From positions 1 through 43,995 of the forward strand of contig NIVC01001669.1 in NCBI GenBank assembly GCA_002269645.1: a stretch of 43,995 bases of DNA, read 5' to 3'. Below are positions 12,202 through 24,273 of the stretch, piece by piece (the stretch's first letter is position 1; every line of letters starts with the position of its first letter). The position numbers and the translations under genes are program-made. This DNA comes from Macrostomum lignano (Eukaryota). Under the pieces are notes generated by a model. It ran no database searches, was not told the origin of the DNA, and was given only the letters and a program-made list of their open reading frames with translations.

Positions 12202-12780
12202 CGCTGGCGGCTGCGTAGTTGTTGCTAAAGGGCAGCCGGCAGTGCTATAAACCGGCTCAGCATACATTAGAGCTACTAATTATCCTGCCCGCGGAAATTC
12301 TTTCTTAAGCATTTCTCCATTGTAAAATTCGTTGCGTTGTCAAGCAATCCATATAGAAATATTCCCAATACACATTAAATCTGCTTTTGTAACATTTTCG
12401 GCCGTTATCTCAATTTCGCAAATAATTATTGTCAGAGTGCTTAACAATTTATTTAAATTCCTACACATACTCGATATGTGCTACTTATTCTGCAGGGCAG
12501 TAGCAGTATGTGTACAAGAGGCTTTGAATCTGATAGTAATCATTGTTTTATCGATCGATAGGTAACTGTCACGCGTGTTGATGTGACGCATCTCGGTTGC
12601 TGGATTCAGGATAAACCAAAAATTGTCTGCTTTAAACTGGAGTTTTAACAAGAATTTTCAAATATAGAATAAATTATTACATCTCTGCCGTTACAAGTGC
12701 TGTGAAATTTTACATTGCACTACAGACAGAAAATCAATTCTAGGCTTATTTGTTACTATTCTAATCAGGACTTTCAGTGA

Positions 12781-13200
12781 ATCGATAACACAAATATAAC
12801 TGGATGGGCCACTCAGGCATGTATATGTGGTAAATCAGCTTTCTACTTTCAGTTCAGTAGCAAAGAAGAATACATAAGCTATTATATAAAAATAAAGGCA
12901 GCTGGAATGATTTTAATAAGTTTAGACAGCTTCCTTATTGGTTCAGCAATAATGTATATTAGCCACTCCACTGAAATCTACATGGCAGCTTAAGGCAATA
13001 AAAATTTGGGCAGGGTAGGGGGTATTGTGGAAAGGCGCGGTTGGAGGTTTAAGCCGGGGGGTCAAGAGCCAATAAGTAAGCCTTGGCTTTAAAAATACAT
13101 TAAAATGCTTCTGTTTAACTTACTACTGAACTGAAAGTAGCTTACATGAAAATGTGCTGAGTGGCCCATCTAGTAATTGTGTAAGTATCTGTGATCGATA
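12781..13200. mobile_element. Degenerate inverted-repeat (MITE-like) element between convergent genes
   Basis: CTACTTTCAGTTCAGTAG (12843-12860) pairs with 13123-13140; GATGGGCCACTCAG (12803-12816) pairs with 13157-13170. No TSD identified. Confidence 0.5.
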
Positions 13201-13691
13201 AGAAACCACAAATTTAAGGACAAACAATATGAAATTGATTTTCCAGATGGCCAGCCAGCACGGCTTGGCACGGATTCAAAGAGCAAGCTTTAGCCGCCCA
13301 ATTTAGCTTATTGTATTTCAGACATTGTATTATTGGTAACAGGCTAGAGCGGGAGCAAAACAATTCGCTATAAATTCAGTGCTAAGCGGTTTACAACAGC
13401 GGAACAGAAAAATTAGTGAGACAGTGTAAGGAACGGCCAGACGAAACGCGAATAAAAATGGCAGAATTTCACTAGATTAGATTTTCTTACCTAAAGTTAC
13501 AACAAAACAAGCGTCAGTTTCTATGCGTACAGATAGACTATAAGTTCAATAAAATCTTGAATTATTGAAATAGCGGATACGATGCGGATTCACAACACAT
13601 GGTCTAATTAGGTCTAATTATTAGGCGTTAAACAGGAAATCAAGACCCGAAACCGAGAATCAGAGTTGCCATTTAAGCTTAGATCCCAGGT

Positions 13692-16040
13692 TCAGCGCTT
13701 GCCAGCCCCCGAGCCGGTGCTGAGCAGGGCCACAAAGCCAGACGAGAGCAGCATGGACAGCAGGTAATTCACCAAATTCGAGCTGGAGCGCAGCAGAAAG
13801 AAGGACAGGAACACCACTAGCAGCAGGAAGATGACATTGTTGAAGAAGATTGAGAACGTGGTGGCTTCGTAGTCAGCAACTTCGTTCTTGCGCCACAGCA
13901 GCATGTCATCGCGCTCCTTCTTGCTGACCTTCTTGCCCTTGGGCGCCTCCTGGGTGAGCTCCTGGCTGATGGCGTCCTCGCGCACCTGGCTAATGCGGTG
14001 CTTAACCACAAATTTTACATTCTTGTAGGCGAAGGCGATCAGATAGGAGCAGCCGAGAACCACAGCAGCAAACAGAGGAGCATTCTGGTAGGGGTCCATC
14101 ATGTGGATGCGCCAGAACAGCACTGTGGGGTTGGTGGGGGATGTGAACTTACATGCCTGACTTTAGAAGTAAACATATGCAATGTTATATAGGTCAGACC
14201 TTATTGGAGCAAATTAAAAAAAGCATAGATATCCTGTAGAGCATGCAAGTGTGCAAGCAAACTTTGATCCTAGGCCTGCAGCTACACAAGTCGTAATAAC
14301 ACATTTTCAAAGTTATCTAAACTTTATTCAGTTTTTTTGTTATTCTTCAAGCAATAGAAACAGGCTTTCATGCTATCTGGGTTTGAAGATTTCAAGTCAA
14401 GGACTTTAAACAAGTTAATTTACAAGCTATAGAGCCTGTTCTACAATATGTTCTACAATATAAAAAATATAGATAAAAATGAAGATTCAAGTTAGATAAG
14501 TAAATAAATGTTATATAACAATTTTGTTATCCACCTTGTGCAGGGTCCTGCTTGGACTCAACCATAGGTACATCAGGGCAGTGACCATGCCCCCTTGGGT
14601 CATGATTGTTTTGCCAGGCATTGTCACCTCCAGGGAAAAATCTATAGTGAGGAATGCCCCTTCTGCCTCTGGTATCAAGAATGCAGAGCACTTTATCTAT
14701 GAATGCTTTATATTTACTCAGGATAGGCTTACCTACCTTGGCCAAAACCTGGAACTCTTTGAAATTTTTAGGCCTAAGAAATCTCTACTAGCTTGTCCAC
14801 TATTTAAGGGCTACTAGGCAAGCAACAATCCACCTGGACTCTCTAGAAGGGGACTGCATTATAGACACCAGTACCACCAGAACTTCTTGTACAACATTGC
14901 AGCACTAGCTACCTATGGTTGCCAGGGGTTAAATAAAATGGGCAGCAACATCTCCTTACTATTTCTGGATGCACAGAGTTCCTTGCAGCTAAGTCAAGCT
15001 AAGTTATAACAATTTTTATAAAAAAATGTTATAGGCAATACAAATTAGGGATTACAATGTGTCATAACTATATGCCAAGTGCATTTGGGACCCTCTGTGT
15101 ATATTATAACTATGTGATAAGTGCATTTAGGACTCTATATATATAATAAAATGAAAACTGAAGACTGTCATTTGAATTATCTCAGCCACTGCTAAATTAG
15201 AGTGGCAAGCTTTTAAAAAAAATTGATGATTATATTGATATTAATTATTATTGGTCATTAAAACAAGCTATATTAAGAAACTATTATGCAAAATAATATA
15301 AATATATATAGTAGAAAGTACAGTAAAATAGAAATAATACTAATACAAAAATTGTACAATGTGAAATAAAAACAAATATGATTACTTTTAAAATACATAT
15401 AAAGATACATTATATATACTAGAAGCTTTTGTGGCAAGATCATCTTCCTGACTATGGGTTATTATTTGTGCCATACATTTGGGGTAATATGACAATAGAT
15501 TTATTCTTAGATTTAATTACTTAAAGATTTTAAGGTATAATGAAAATATAGAAGTCATTGACTACTATATGTAAATCAAACAAAAAAATCAATATTAAAT
15601 ATTTAAATACATTTATTTTAAAATCAATTTATTTTCTTTTTGTAAGGACTAGTGACTAGTGTAATGATTAATTGATTTTTATTAGTAAAAAGTGTAACTT
15701 TAGGCCAATTTAGTAAACCACTTGGCTAAAATGGGGCAAATACTAATAAAAGTCACATCACTATGTCCATGTCCATCATAATTTAAATTAATATAATTAT
15801 ATGAACAAATGCAGCTTAAGATTCATGTTTAAATGTTTCAATAAATTGAGCAAAACTCAATAATAAAATAATAATAAACATTCTTGTAACTCTAAACAAA
15901 ACTAACTGCAACTTACTGATTGGTACAGCCGAGACAATAAGTCCATTCCCATAGAACAATGCGTTTGATTTTGTTGATAGACTTCTACTGTAGTCTTGAA
16001 GAAGAATATCTTCTTGTTTAGAGGTAAGCTTTTTTGACAT
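13692..16040 (-). CDS. SSR3: Translocon-associated protein subunit gamma; exons 16040-15917 and 14122-13692
   Basis: [48 protein letters not shown]...[11 protein letters not shown]...[22 protein letters not shown]...ALLSTGS matches TRAP-gamma. Phase-1 GT-AG intron. Confidence 0.95.
14524..14940 (+). mobile_element. Decayed non-LTR retrotransposon (LINE) 3' fragment in the SSR3 intron
   Basis: Frameshifted ECPFC...EHFIYEC (CCHC knuckle typical of the LINE ORF2 C-terminus), preceded by TLCRVLLG-like text; AATAAA near 14932; essentially CpG-free. Confidence 0.55.
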
Positions 16041-16320
16041 TGTAGTTTTAGCTTAGAAGAAAACTTTTACACTTTTACCAGAATACCTATAATTAAATCA
16101 ACTCAGATCGGACGAATGTGCTAATATTAAACTAACTATAACAGTTCGCGTGGTTAACTCAGCAAAATCGAATATTTAAAAAAATTAGAGTAAGTTTAAA
16201 CAAACGTTTTTTACTAAAACTATTTTTTTTGTCATCTAGGTAATTATTCAACAGCATAAATAAATGAAAATGCTGCATTCGTGATATCAACTTAATAAGC
16301 AAATTTACTTTGTGATAAGC

Positions 16321-19300
16321 CACCCGTGTTTGCTTAAAACTAACGAAAACAGCACGATTTAAGTTTTTTGTTTACGGTATGACAGCATGCTGGTTGCTGT
16401 CTCAGCTTGCTGGTTAATCGAAAAATGATTGTTACAATATCAACAAAGCTAGTTAACTTTTTAGCGCCAATAAATGCATTCATGTTTTAGTAGCTTGTTG
16501 CAGGACTCTCTTTCTGCTGTGGGTTTCTTGTTAGTTAGTTTTAGACATGCATCATGACGGTAGGCCTAGGCCCTTGCAGCTTAAATTTAAATGCTTTCTA
16601 CTCGCTGAAGGCACGTGCGTGCGTGCTGCTGGCCGGCAACTAGGAAACTAGGGTCTAAAATCCATGTAGTTCTAAAACTGAGCTGGGGTGAAGGCTGTGT
16701 GGCTAAGCCTACACATGACATGCCTAAACTAGGCTTACTACTATAAGGCATTGAATTAGACCTAGGTTGTGCTGTACCTGTAGCTTAGTAGAGATTTTTT
16801 AATAAAATAATTGGTTCTAATTCTAAATTCTAATACTATGGTATTAAACGAACTAACAAGTCTGGTTTATTTAAGTGAAGTTAATTGTGTTGTTTAAAAG
16901 GTAATCTAGCCACTTGGTATAGGCCTACTCCTACTCCTAGGCCTAGGCCAGCCCCAGTGGGCCTAGCCAGGTAGAAGTTTAGTAGTAGGTAGGCGGTAGG
17001 CCTAGTAGTTGAGTGAGTTGAGTTGAGTAGAAAAAAGTAGGGCCTAAGCCTTTGCTTCCCATATAGTCATATGCAAAAAATATCAGTTTTTATTCTAGAG
17101 AGTAAGAGAGACTAAGAGTGAGTGCAATTCTAGGTTTAGACCTAATTAGAAAAAATAACCAGATATTGCTATAAAGTAGGCTATAATGCTAATATTGTAT
17201 TGGCCATTAAAAAAATATTTGACTTTGAAAAAGTTCTTGGCTATAAAGTAGTGTATATTTCATTGCTATATTATAATATTAAATAGGCCGGCTTCCAGAC
17301 AGTCTGGCGACACAGCCGTGTCCCACTCATGAGGCCATTCTATCCTCGGAAAACATGGCCTTGCAGCCCAGCAATGAATGTAGTGGTGTAGCGCTGCATG
17401 TATTTCTAGCTTTATTTTACATTGTATTGAAAACATTTGTGCATATATGCACAAAAAAGTTCTTTCATTGAAACGGTTATACCCTTTTACATTTTACATA
17501 TATATTGGCAATGCCAATGCCAATGGCTTAATTTAATTTAAGCAGTTCTATACACCTAAAAATATGGGCCCTAAAATTTATGCTTTTTCTTCAGTTAGTG
17601 TTATGGTATATAAAAGGCGCATATATCCAAGACCTATCTATATAATATAATGGTATTTCTATATATAAATAGTAATGTTAATTGCTAAATAAAAAATAGA
17701 GCTTGACTAGTAAACCATTTGCTAGTATATGACTGGGTTATTATTTTTTATTAACAGAGCCAGATTTGTCTATATTGTTGATATATTTCTAGCCAAAGCA
17801 TTATAGTATTAGTTGCCTATATTAGCTATTAGCTATGCCTTGCCTAGATATAGTATAGGGCCTTAATTCTATCTAGCCTAGGATAGAACTCTATAGCTTT
17901 AAGGACTTAATTTTAATGTAGGCCTATTAAGTTTTTAATCCATTTTACACAAAATTGACTATTTGATTTGATATCAAACCTATTTAATTTAAGCCCTAGG
18001 CCTAGCCAAAATAAATCATTGCTAAATAGAATTGAAATTTAAAATTAAATATACTAGGCCTAGCCTACCAAAATTTATATATACCAAGTTATATATAGTG
18101 CTAGGCCTAGGGCTAAAGAAAAGTTGAACCCTAATAATACTATTAATTATACTAATGAATTAGTGAGTAAACTTGAAGCCTGCCTACTAGGCCTAATATA
18201 AATAATTAAGCATACAAGCAAATATTAGAGATTTAGTATATTTGGTTTGGATTAATATATTCTAATTAGGTCTATATTTGATTCAAAATAGCTAAGCCTA
18301 CCTAAGCTTTAGCCTAGGCTAAAGATAAAAGCATGAATTTAGCCTTTTTATTGGATTAAAATATGTTTAGTTAGCATGCTTGGGTTGGGTGTAAACCCCT
18401 TTTTCATCTTTCTATATCCTATTTTCTTATTCTCTATCTTCTATCCTTATACTCTTTTCTACCCTTTTTACCCTCCCCTTACCTTTTGATCCTATCCTCT
18501 TCAACCTATCTCTATCCTTTTCTACTAGGTTCTACCCTTGTTTATAGCTTTACATTTATTTGTGGCTTCATTCTCTTAGCCCTAGCCCTAGCCCCAGCTT
18601 AGCCCTAGCTTGAGATCAAGCCCCAGCTCAAGCTCTAGCCACACCACAGCCCTAGCAGCCAGCTCTAGCTTAAGCTCAAGCACTAGCCCAGTCCCAGCCC
18701 TATCCCACTCTATCCCAGCCCCTAATCTAGCCCTAACCTTAGCCCTAGCCCTAGTTCCTCCCCTAGCCCTGGCCTTAGCCTTAGTGCTTGTTATCCCTGC
18801 CCCAGCTCTGGCCCTATCACTATCCTGCCCTAGCCCTAGCCCTTGCCCTAGCCCCAGCCCTAGCCCCAGCCCCAGCCCTAGCCCCAGCCTTTGCCCTTGC
18901 CCTAGCCTTAGCCCAAGCCCAAGCCCCAGCCTTAGCCCCAGCCCCAGCCTTTGCCCTAGCCTTAGCCCAAGCCCAAGCCCTAGCCCTTGCCCCTGCCCTA
19001 GCCCCTGCCCTAGCCCTAGCCCCAGCCCTTGCCCTAGCCTTAGCCCTAGCCCTAGCCTTAGCCCAAGCCCAAGCCCTAGCCCAAGCCCTAGCCTAAGCCC
19101 TTGCCCCTGCCCCTGCCCCTGCCCCTGCATTTGCCCTAGCCCCAGCCCCAGCCCCTGCCCTTGCCCTAGCCCTAGCCCCAGCCCCTGCCCTTGCCCTAGC
19201 CCTAGCCCCAGCCCCACCCCACCCAAGCCCTACCCCACCCCAGCGTCAGTCCTACCCCACCCCATCGCCAGCCCTACCCCACCCTAGCGCCAGCCCTACC

Positions 19301-20114
19301 CCACTCCAGCCCCAGCCCTACCCCACCCCAGCCCTACCCCAGCCCTACCCCACCCCAGCCCTACCCCATCTCAGCGCCAGCCCTACCCCATCCCAGTCTT
19401 GGCCCTAGACCCCCAGAACTGGCCCTTTCACTATCCTAGCCCTAACCCCAGCAGAATTCTACTTCTTTGACTCCTGCACCCCTGCACTCCCTACACCCCG
19501 TGCACTCCACATGTGCTGTTTGTATTTTTATGAATGCTTTTTTGTTGCTTTAATCATTAATTCCTCCCAGACAGTCCTTCTAGGCTATCTTTCCTAGGCA
19601 GCCCCCAGGCAAACCTTTCAAGGCAGCTTTCCCAGGCAAACCCTCCCAGACAGCCCCCCTACCCTCCTCTACTCTTCTATCCTCTCCTTACTCTTCTCTA
19701 CCCTTTATCCTCCTACTCTCCTCTACTATCCTACACACCTCTATCCTTCTCTACCCTCTACCCCTTCTCTACCCTCTTCTACCAGCTCCTCCCCTCCTCT
19801 GCAGCTATACCCTTGTCTATTGCCTTAACCTCCGTTACCAGCCTCACCCCCTACTCTCCTCTACCAGCTCCTACCCTTCTCTGCCCTTCTACCATTTCCT
19901 ACCCTCCTACCTTCTACTCTCCCTGCCCTGCTCTACCCTTCGACACTTTCCCTTCTCTCTTCTACCAGCTCCTACCCTCCTCTACCAACTCTTACCCTCC
20001 TAGCCTCCGCCATCAGCTCCTACCCTCCTATAACAGGAGGAATAACAGGATAATGAACCTAGATTAGATTCTATCTACTATACTAGGTTAGTAGCCTATC
20101 CTACCTACTAGGCT
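16321..20114 (+). repeat. Left arm of a ~8 kb inverted repeat
   Basis: Reverse complement of 20481-24273; mirrored ORF pairs (17266/23328, 18788/21807, 19813/20783). Confidence 0.97.
18575..19450. repeat. GCCCYA-type hexamer array (C-rich strand), mirrored at 21145-22019
   Basis: Direct reading (GCCCTA, GCCCCA, GCCTTA, GCCCAA variants). Confidence 0.92.
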
Positions 20115-20480
20115 GGGTAAGGATGGGTAAGGAGAAGAATATCAAGGCTAGGGGAGAATAGCAAAGAGAAAAAGGGAGAGTGAAAGACCTTAAGCAAACT
20201 GACTTCAACTACTCAGAAGCTTCTAAAAGGAATATTTGAGCAACTATTAGCATATAAGGTAGGGCAGTTTAGCACAACTTGCCTAGTACGAGCTCGTAGA
20301 TAGGTATATTAGGACTAACTAGCCTTGTAGGGTACAGAGTTGTTTAGCAACTACTAGTCAGGTAGATAGAGTGGATTAGTACCTAGAAGACTGGCAGGTT
20401 GACCCGCGAAGCCTAACAGACTATAAAGTAGATTAGCACCTATAAGTCTAGACGGTAGAATGATAGGTATTATATTTACT

Positions 20481-23400
20481 AGCCTAGTAGGTAGGATAGG
20501 CTACTAACCTAGTATAGTAGATAGAATCTAATCTAGGTTCATTATCCTGTTATTCCTCCTGTTATAGGAGGGTAGGAGCTGATGGCGGAGGCTAGGAGGG
20601 TAAGAGTTGGTAGAGGAGGGTAGGAGCTGGTAGAAGAGAGAAGGGAAAGTGTCGAAGGGTAGAGCAGGGCAGGGGAGAGTAGAAGGTAGGAGGGTAGGAA
20701 ATGGTAGAAGGGCAGAGAAGGGTAGGAGCTGGTAGAGGAGAGTAGGGGGTGAGGCTGGTAACGGAGGTTAAGGCAATAGACAAGGGTATAGCTGCAGAGG
20801 AGGGGAGGAGCTGGTAGAAGAGGGTAGAGAAGGGGTAGAGGGTAGAGAAGGATAGAGGTGTGTAGGATAGTAGAGGAGAGTAGGAGGATAAAGGGTAGAG
20901 AAGAGTAAGGAGAGGATAGAAGAGTAGAGGAGGGTAGGGGGCTGTCTGGGAGGGTTTGCCTGGGAAAGCTGCCTTGAAAGGTTTGCCTGGGGGCTGCCTA
21001 GGAAAGATAGCCTAGAAGGACTGTCTGGGAGGAATTAATGATTAAAGCAACAAAAAAGCATTCATAAAAATACAAACAGCACATGTGGAGTGCACGGGGT
21101 GTAGGGAGTGCAGGGGTGCAGGAGTCAAAGAAGTAGAATTCTGCTGGGGTTAGGGCTAGGATAGTGAAAGGGCCAGTTCTGGGGGTCTAGGGCCAAGACT
21201 GGGATGGGGTAGGGCTGGCGCTGAGATGGGGTAGGGCTGGGGTGGGGTAGGGCTGGGGTAGGGCTGGGGTGGGGTAGGGCTGGGGCTGGAGTGGGGTAGG
21301 GCTGGCGCTAGGGTGGGGTAGGGCTGGCGATGGGGTGGGGTAGGACTGACGCTGGGGTGGGGTAGGGCTTGGGTGGGGTGGGGCTGGGGCTAGGGCTAGG
21401 GCAAGGGCAGGGGCTGGGGCTAGGGCTAGGGCAAGGGCAGGGGCTGGGGCTGGGGCTAGGGCAAATGCAGGGGCAGGGGCAGGGGCAGGGGCAAGGGCTT
21501 AGGCTAGGGCTTGGGCTAGGGCTTGGGCTTGGGCTAAGGCTAGGGCTAGGGCTAAGGCTAGGGCAAGGGCTGGGGCTAGGGCTAGGGCAGGGGCTAGGGC
21601 AGGGGCAAGGGCTAGGGCTTGGGCTTGGGCTAAGGCTAGGGCAAAGGCTGGGGCTGGGGCTAAGGCTGGGGCTTGGGCTTGGGCTAAGGCTAGGGCAAGG
21701 GCAAAGGCTGGGGCTAGGGCTGGGGCTGGGGCTAGGGCTGGGGCTAGGGCAAGGGCTAGGGCTAGGGCAGGATAGTGATAGGGCCAGAGCTGGGGCAGGG
21801 ATAACAAGCACTAAGGCTAAGGCCAGGGCTAGGGAGGAACTAGGGCTAGGGCTAAGGTTAGGGCTAGATTAGGGGCTGGGATAGAGTGGGATAGGGCTGG
21901 GACTGGGCTAGTGCTTGAGCTTAAGCTAGAGCTGGCTGCTAGGGCTGTGGTGTGGCTAGAGCTTGAGCTGGGGCTTGATCTCAAGCTAGGGCTAAGCTGG
22001 GGCTAGGGCTAGGGCTAAGAGAATGAAGCCACAAATAAATGTAAAGCTATAAACAAGGGTAGAACCTAGTAGAAAAGGATAGAGATAGGTTGAAGAGGAT
22101 AGGATCAAAAGGTAAGGGGAGGGTAAAAAGGGTAGAAAAGAGTATAAGGATAGAAGATAGAGAATAAGAAAATAGGATATAGAAAGATGAAAAAGGGGTT
22201 TACACCCAACCCAAGCATGCTAACTAAACATATTTTAATCCAATAAAAAGGCTAAATTCATGCTTTTATCTTTAGCCTAGGCTAAAGCTTAGGTAGGCTT
22301 AGCTATTTTGAATCAAATATAGACCTAATTAGAATATATTAATCCAAACCAAATATACTAAATCTCTAATATTTGCTTGTATGCTTAATTATTTATATTA
22401 GGCCTAGTAGGCAGGCTTCAAGTTTACTCACTAATTCATTAGTATAATTAATAGTATTATTAGGGTTCAACTTTTCTTTAGCCCTAGGCCTAGCACTATA
22501 TATAACTTGGTATATATAAATTTTGGTAGGCTAGGCCTAGTATATTTAATTTTAAATTTCAATTCTATTTAGCAATGATTTATTTTGGCTAGGCCTAGGG
22601 CTTAAATTAAATAGGTTTGATATCAAATCAAATAGTCAATTTTGTGTAAAATGGATTAAAAACTTAATAGGCCTACATTAAAATTAAGTCCTTAAAGCTA
22701 TAGAGTTCTATCCTAGGCTAGATAGAATTAAGGCCCTATACTATATCTAGGCAAGGCATAGCTAATAGCTAATATAGGCAACTAATACTATAATGCTTTG
22801 GCTAGAAATATATCAACAATATAGACAAATCTGGCTCTGTTAATAAAAAATAATAACCCAGTCATATACTAGCAAATGGTTTACTAGTCAAGCTCTATTT
22901 TTTATTTAGCAATTAACATTACTATTTATATATAGAAATACCATTATATTATATAGATAGGTCTTGGATATATGCGCCTTTTATATACCATAACACTAAC
23001 TGAAGAAAAAGCATAAATTTTAGGGCCCATATTTTTAGGTGTATAGAACTGCTTAAATTAAATTAAGCCATTGGCATTGGCATTGCCAATATATATGTAA
23101 AATGTAAAAGGGTATAACCGTTTCAATGAAAGAACTTTTTTGTGCATATATGCACAAATGTTTTCAATACAATGTAAAATAAAGCTAGAAATACATGCAG
23201 CGCTACACCACTACATTCATTGCTGGGCTGCAAGGCCATGTTTTCCGAGGATAGAATGGCCTCATGAGTGGGACACGGCTGTGTCGCCAGACTGTCTGGA
23301 AGCCGGCCTATTTAATATTATAATATAGCAATGAAATATACACTACTTTATAGCCAAGAACTTTTTCAAAGTCAAATATTTTTTAAATGGCCAATACAAT

Positions 23401-24273
23401 ATTAGCATTATAGCCTACTTTATAGCAATATCTGGTTATTTTTTCTAATTAGGTCTAAACCTAGAATTGCACTCACTCTTAGTCTCTCTTACTCTCTAGA
23501 ATAAAAACTGATATTTTTTGCATATGACTATATGGGAAGCAAAGGCTTAGGCCCTACTTTTTTCTACTCAACTCAACTCACTCAACTACTAGGCCTACCG
23601 CCTACCTACTACTAAACTTCTACCTGGCTAGGCCCACTGGGGCTGGCCTAGGCCTAGGAGTAGGAGTAGGCCTATACCAAGTGGCTAGATTACCTTTTAA
23701 ACAACACAATTAACTTCACTTAAATAAACCAGACTTGTTAGTTCGTTTAATACCATAGTATTAGAATTTAGAATTAGAACCAATTATTTTATTAAAAAAT
23801 CTCTACTAAGCTACAGGTACAGCACAACCTAGGTCTAATTCAATGCCTTATAGTAGTAAGCCTAGTTTAGGCATGTCATGTGTAGGCTTAGCCACACAGC
23901 CTTCACCCCAGCTCAGTTTTAGAACTACATGGATTTTAGACCCTAGTTTCCTAGTTGCCGGCCAGCAGCACGCACGCACGTGCCTTCGGCGAGTGGAGAG
24001 CATTTGAATTTAAGCTGCAAGGGCCTAGGCCTACCGTCATGATGCATGTCTAAAACTAACTAACAAGAAACCCACAGCAGAAAGAGAGTCCTGCAACAAG
24101 CTACTAAAACATGAATGCATTTATTGGCGCTAAAAAGTTAACTAGCTTTGTTGATATTGTAACAATCATTTTTCGATTAACCAGCAAGCTGAGACAGCAA
24201 CCAGCATGCTGTCATACCGTAAACAAAAAACTTAAATCGTGCTGCTTTCGTTAGTTTTAAGCAAACACGGGTG
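20481..24273 (-). repeat. Right arm of the ~8 kb inverted repeat
   Basis: Ends CACGGGTG at 24273, matching CACCCGTG at 16321; inner boundary AGCCTAGTAGG at 20481 pairs with 20114. Confidence 0.97.
21145..22019. repeat. TRGGGC-type hexamer array (G-rich strand)
   Basis: Mirror of 18575-19450. Confidence 0.92.

Noticed and set aside
18588-21872. GL/SP/AL-repeat ORFs in both palindrome arms
   Set aside because: Products of the hexamer array; mirrored, with no non-repetitive domain.
18575-22019. Telomere fusion site
   Set aside because: Repeats are not TTAGGG and the orientation is opposite to an end-to-end fusion.
16321-24273. Autonomous CAC-terminus DNA transposon (CMC/Transib type)
   Set aside because: No target-site duplication (flanks GATAAGC and AATCAAC) and no transposase remnant recognised.
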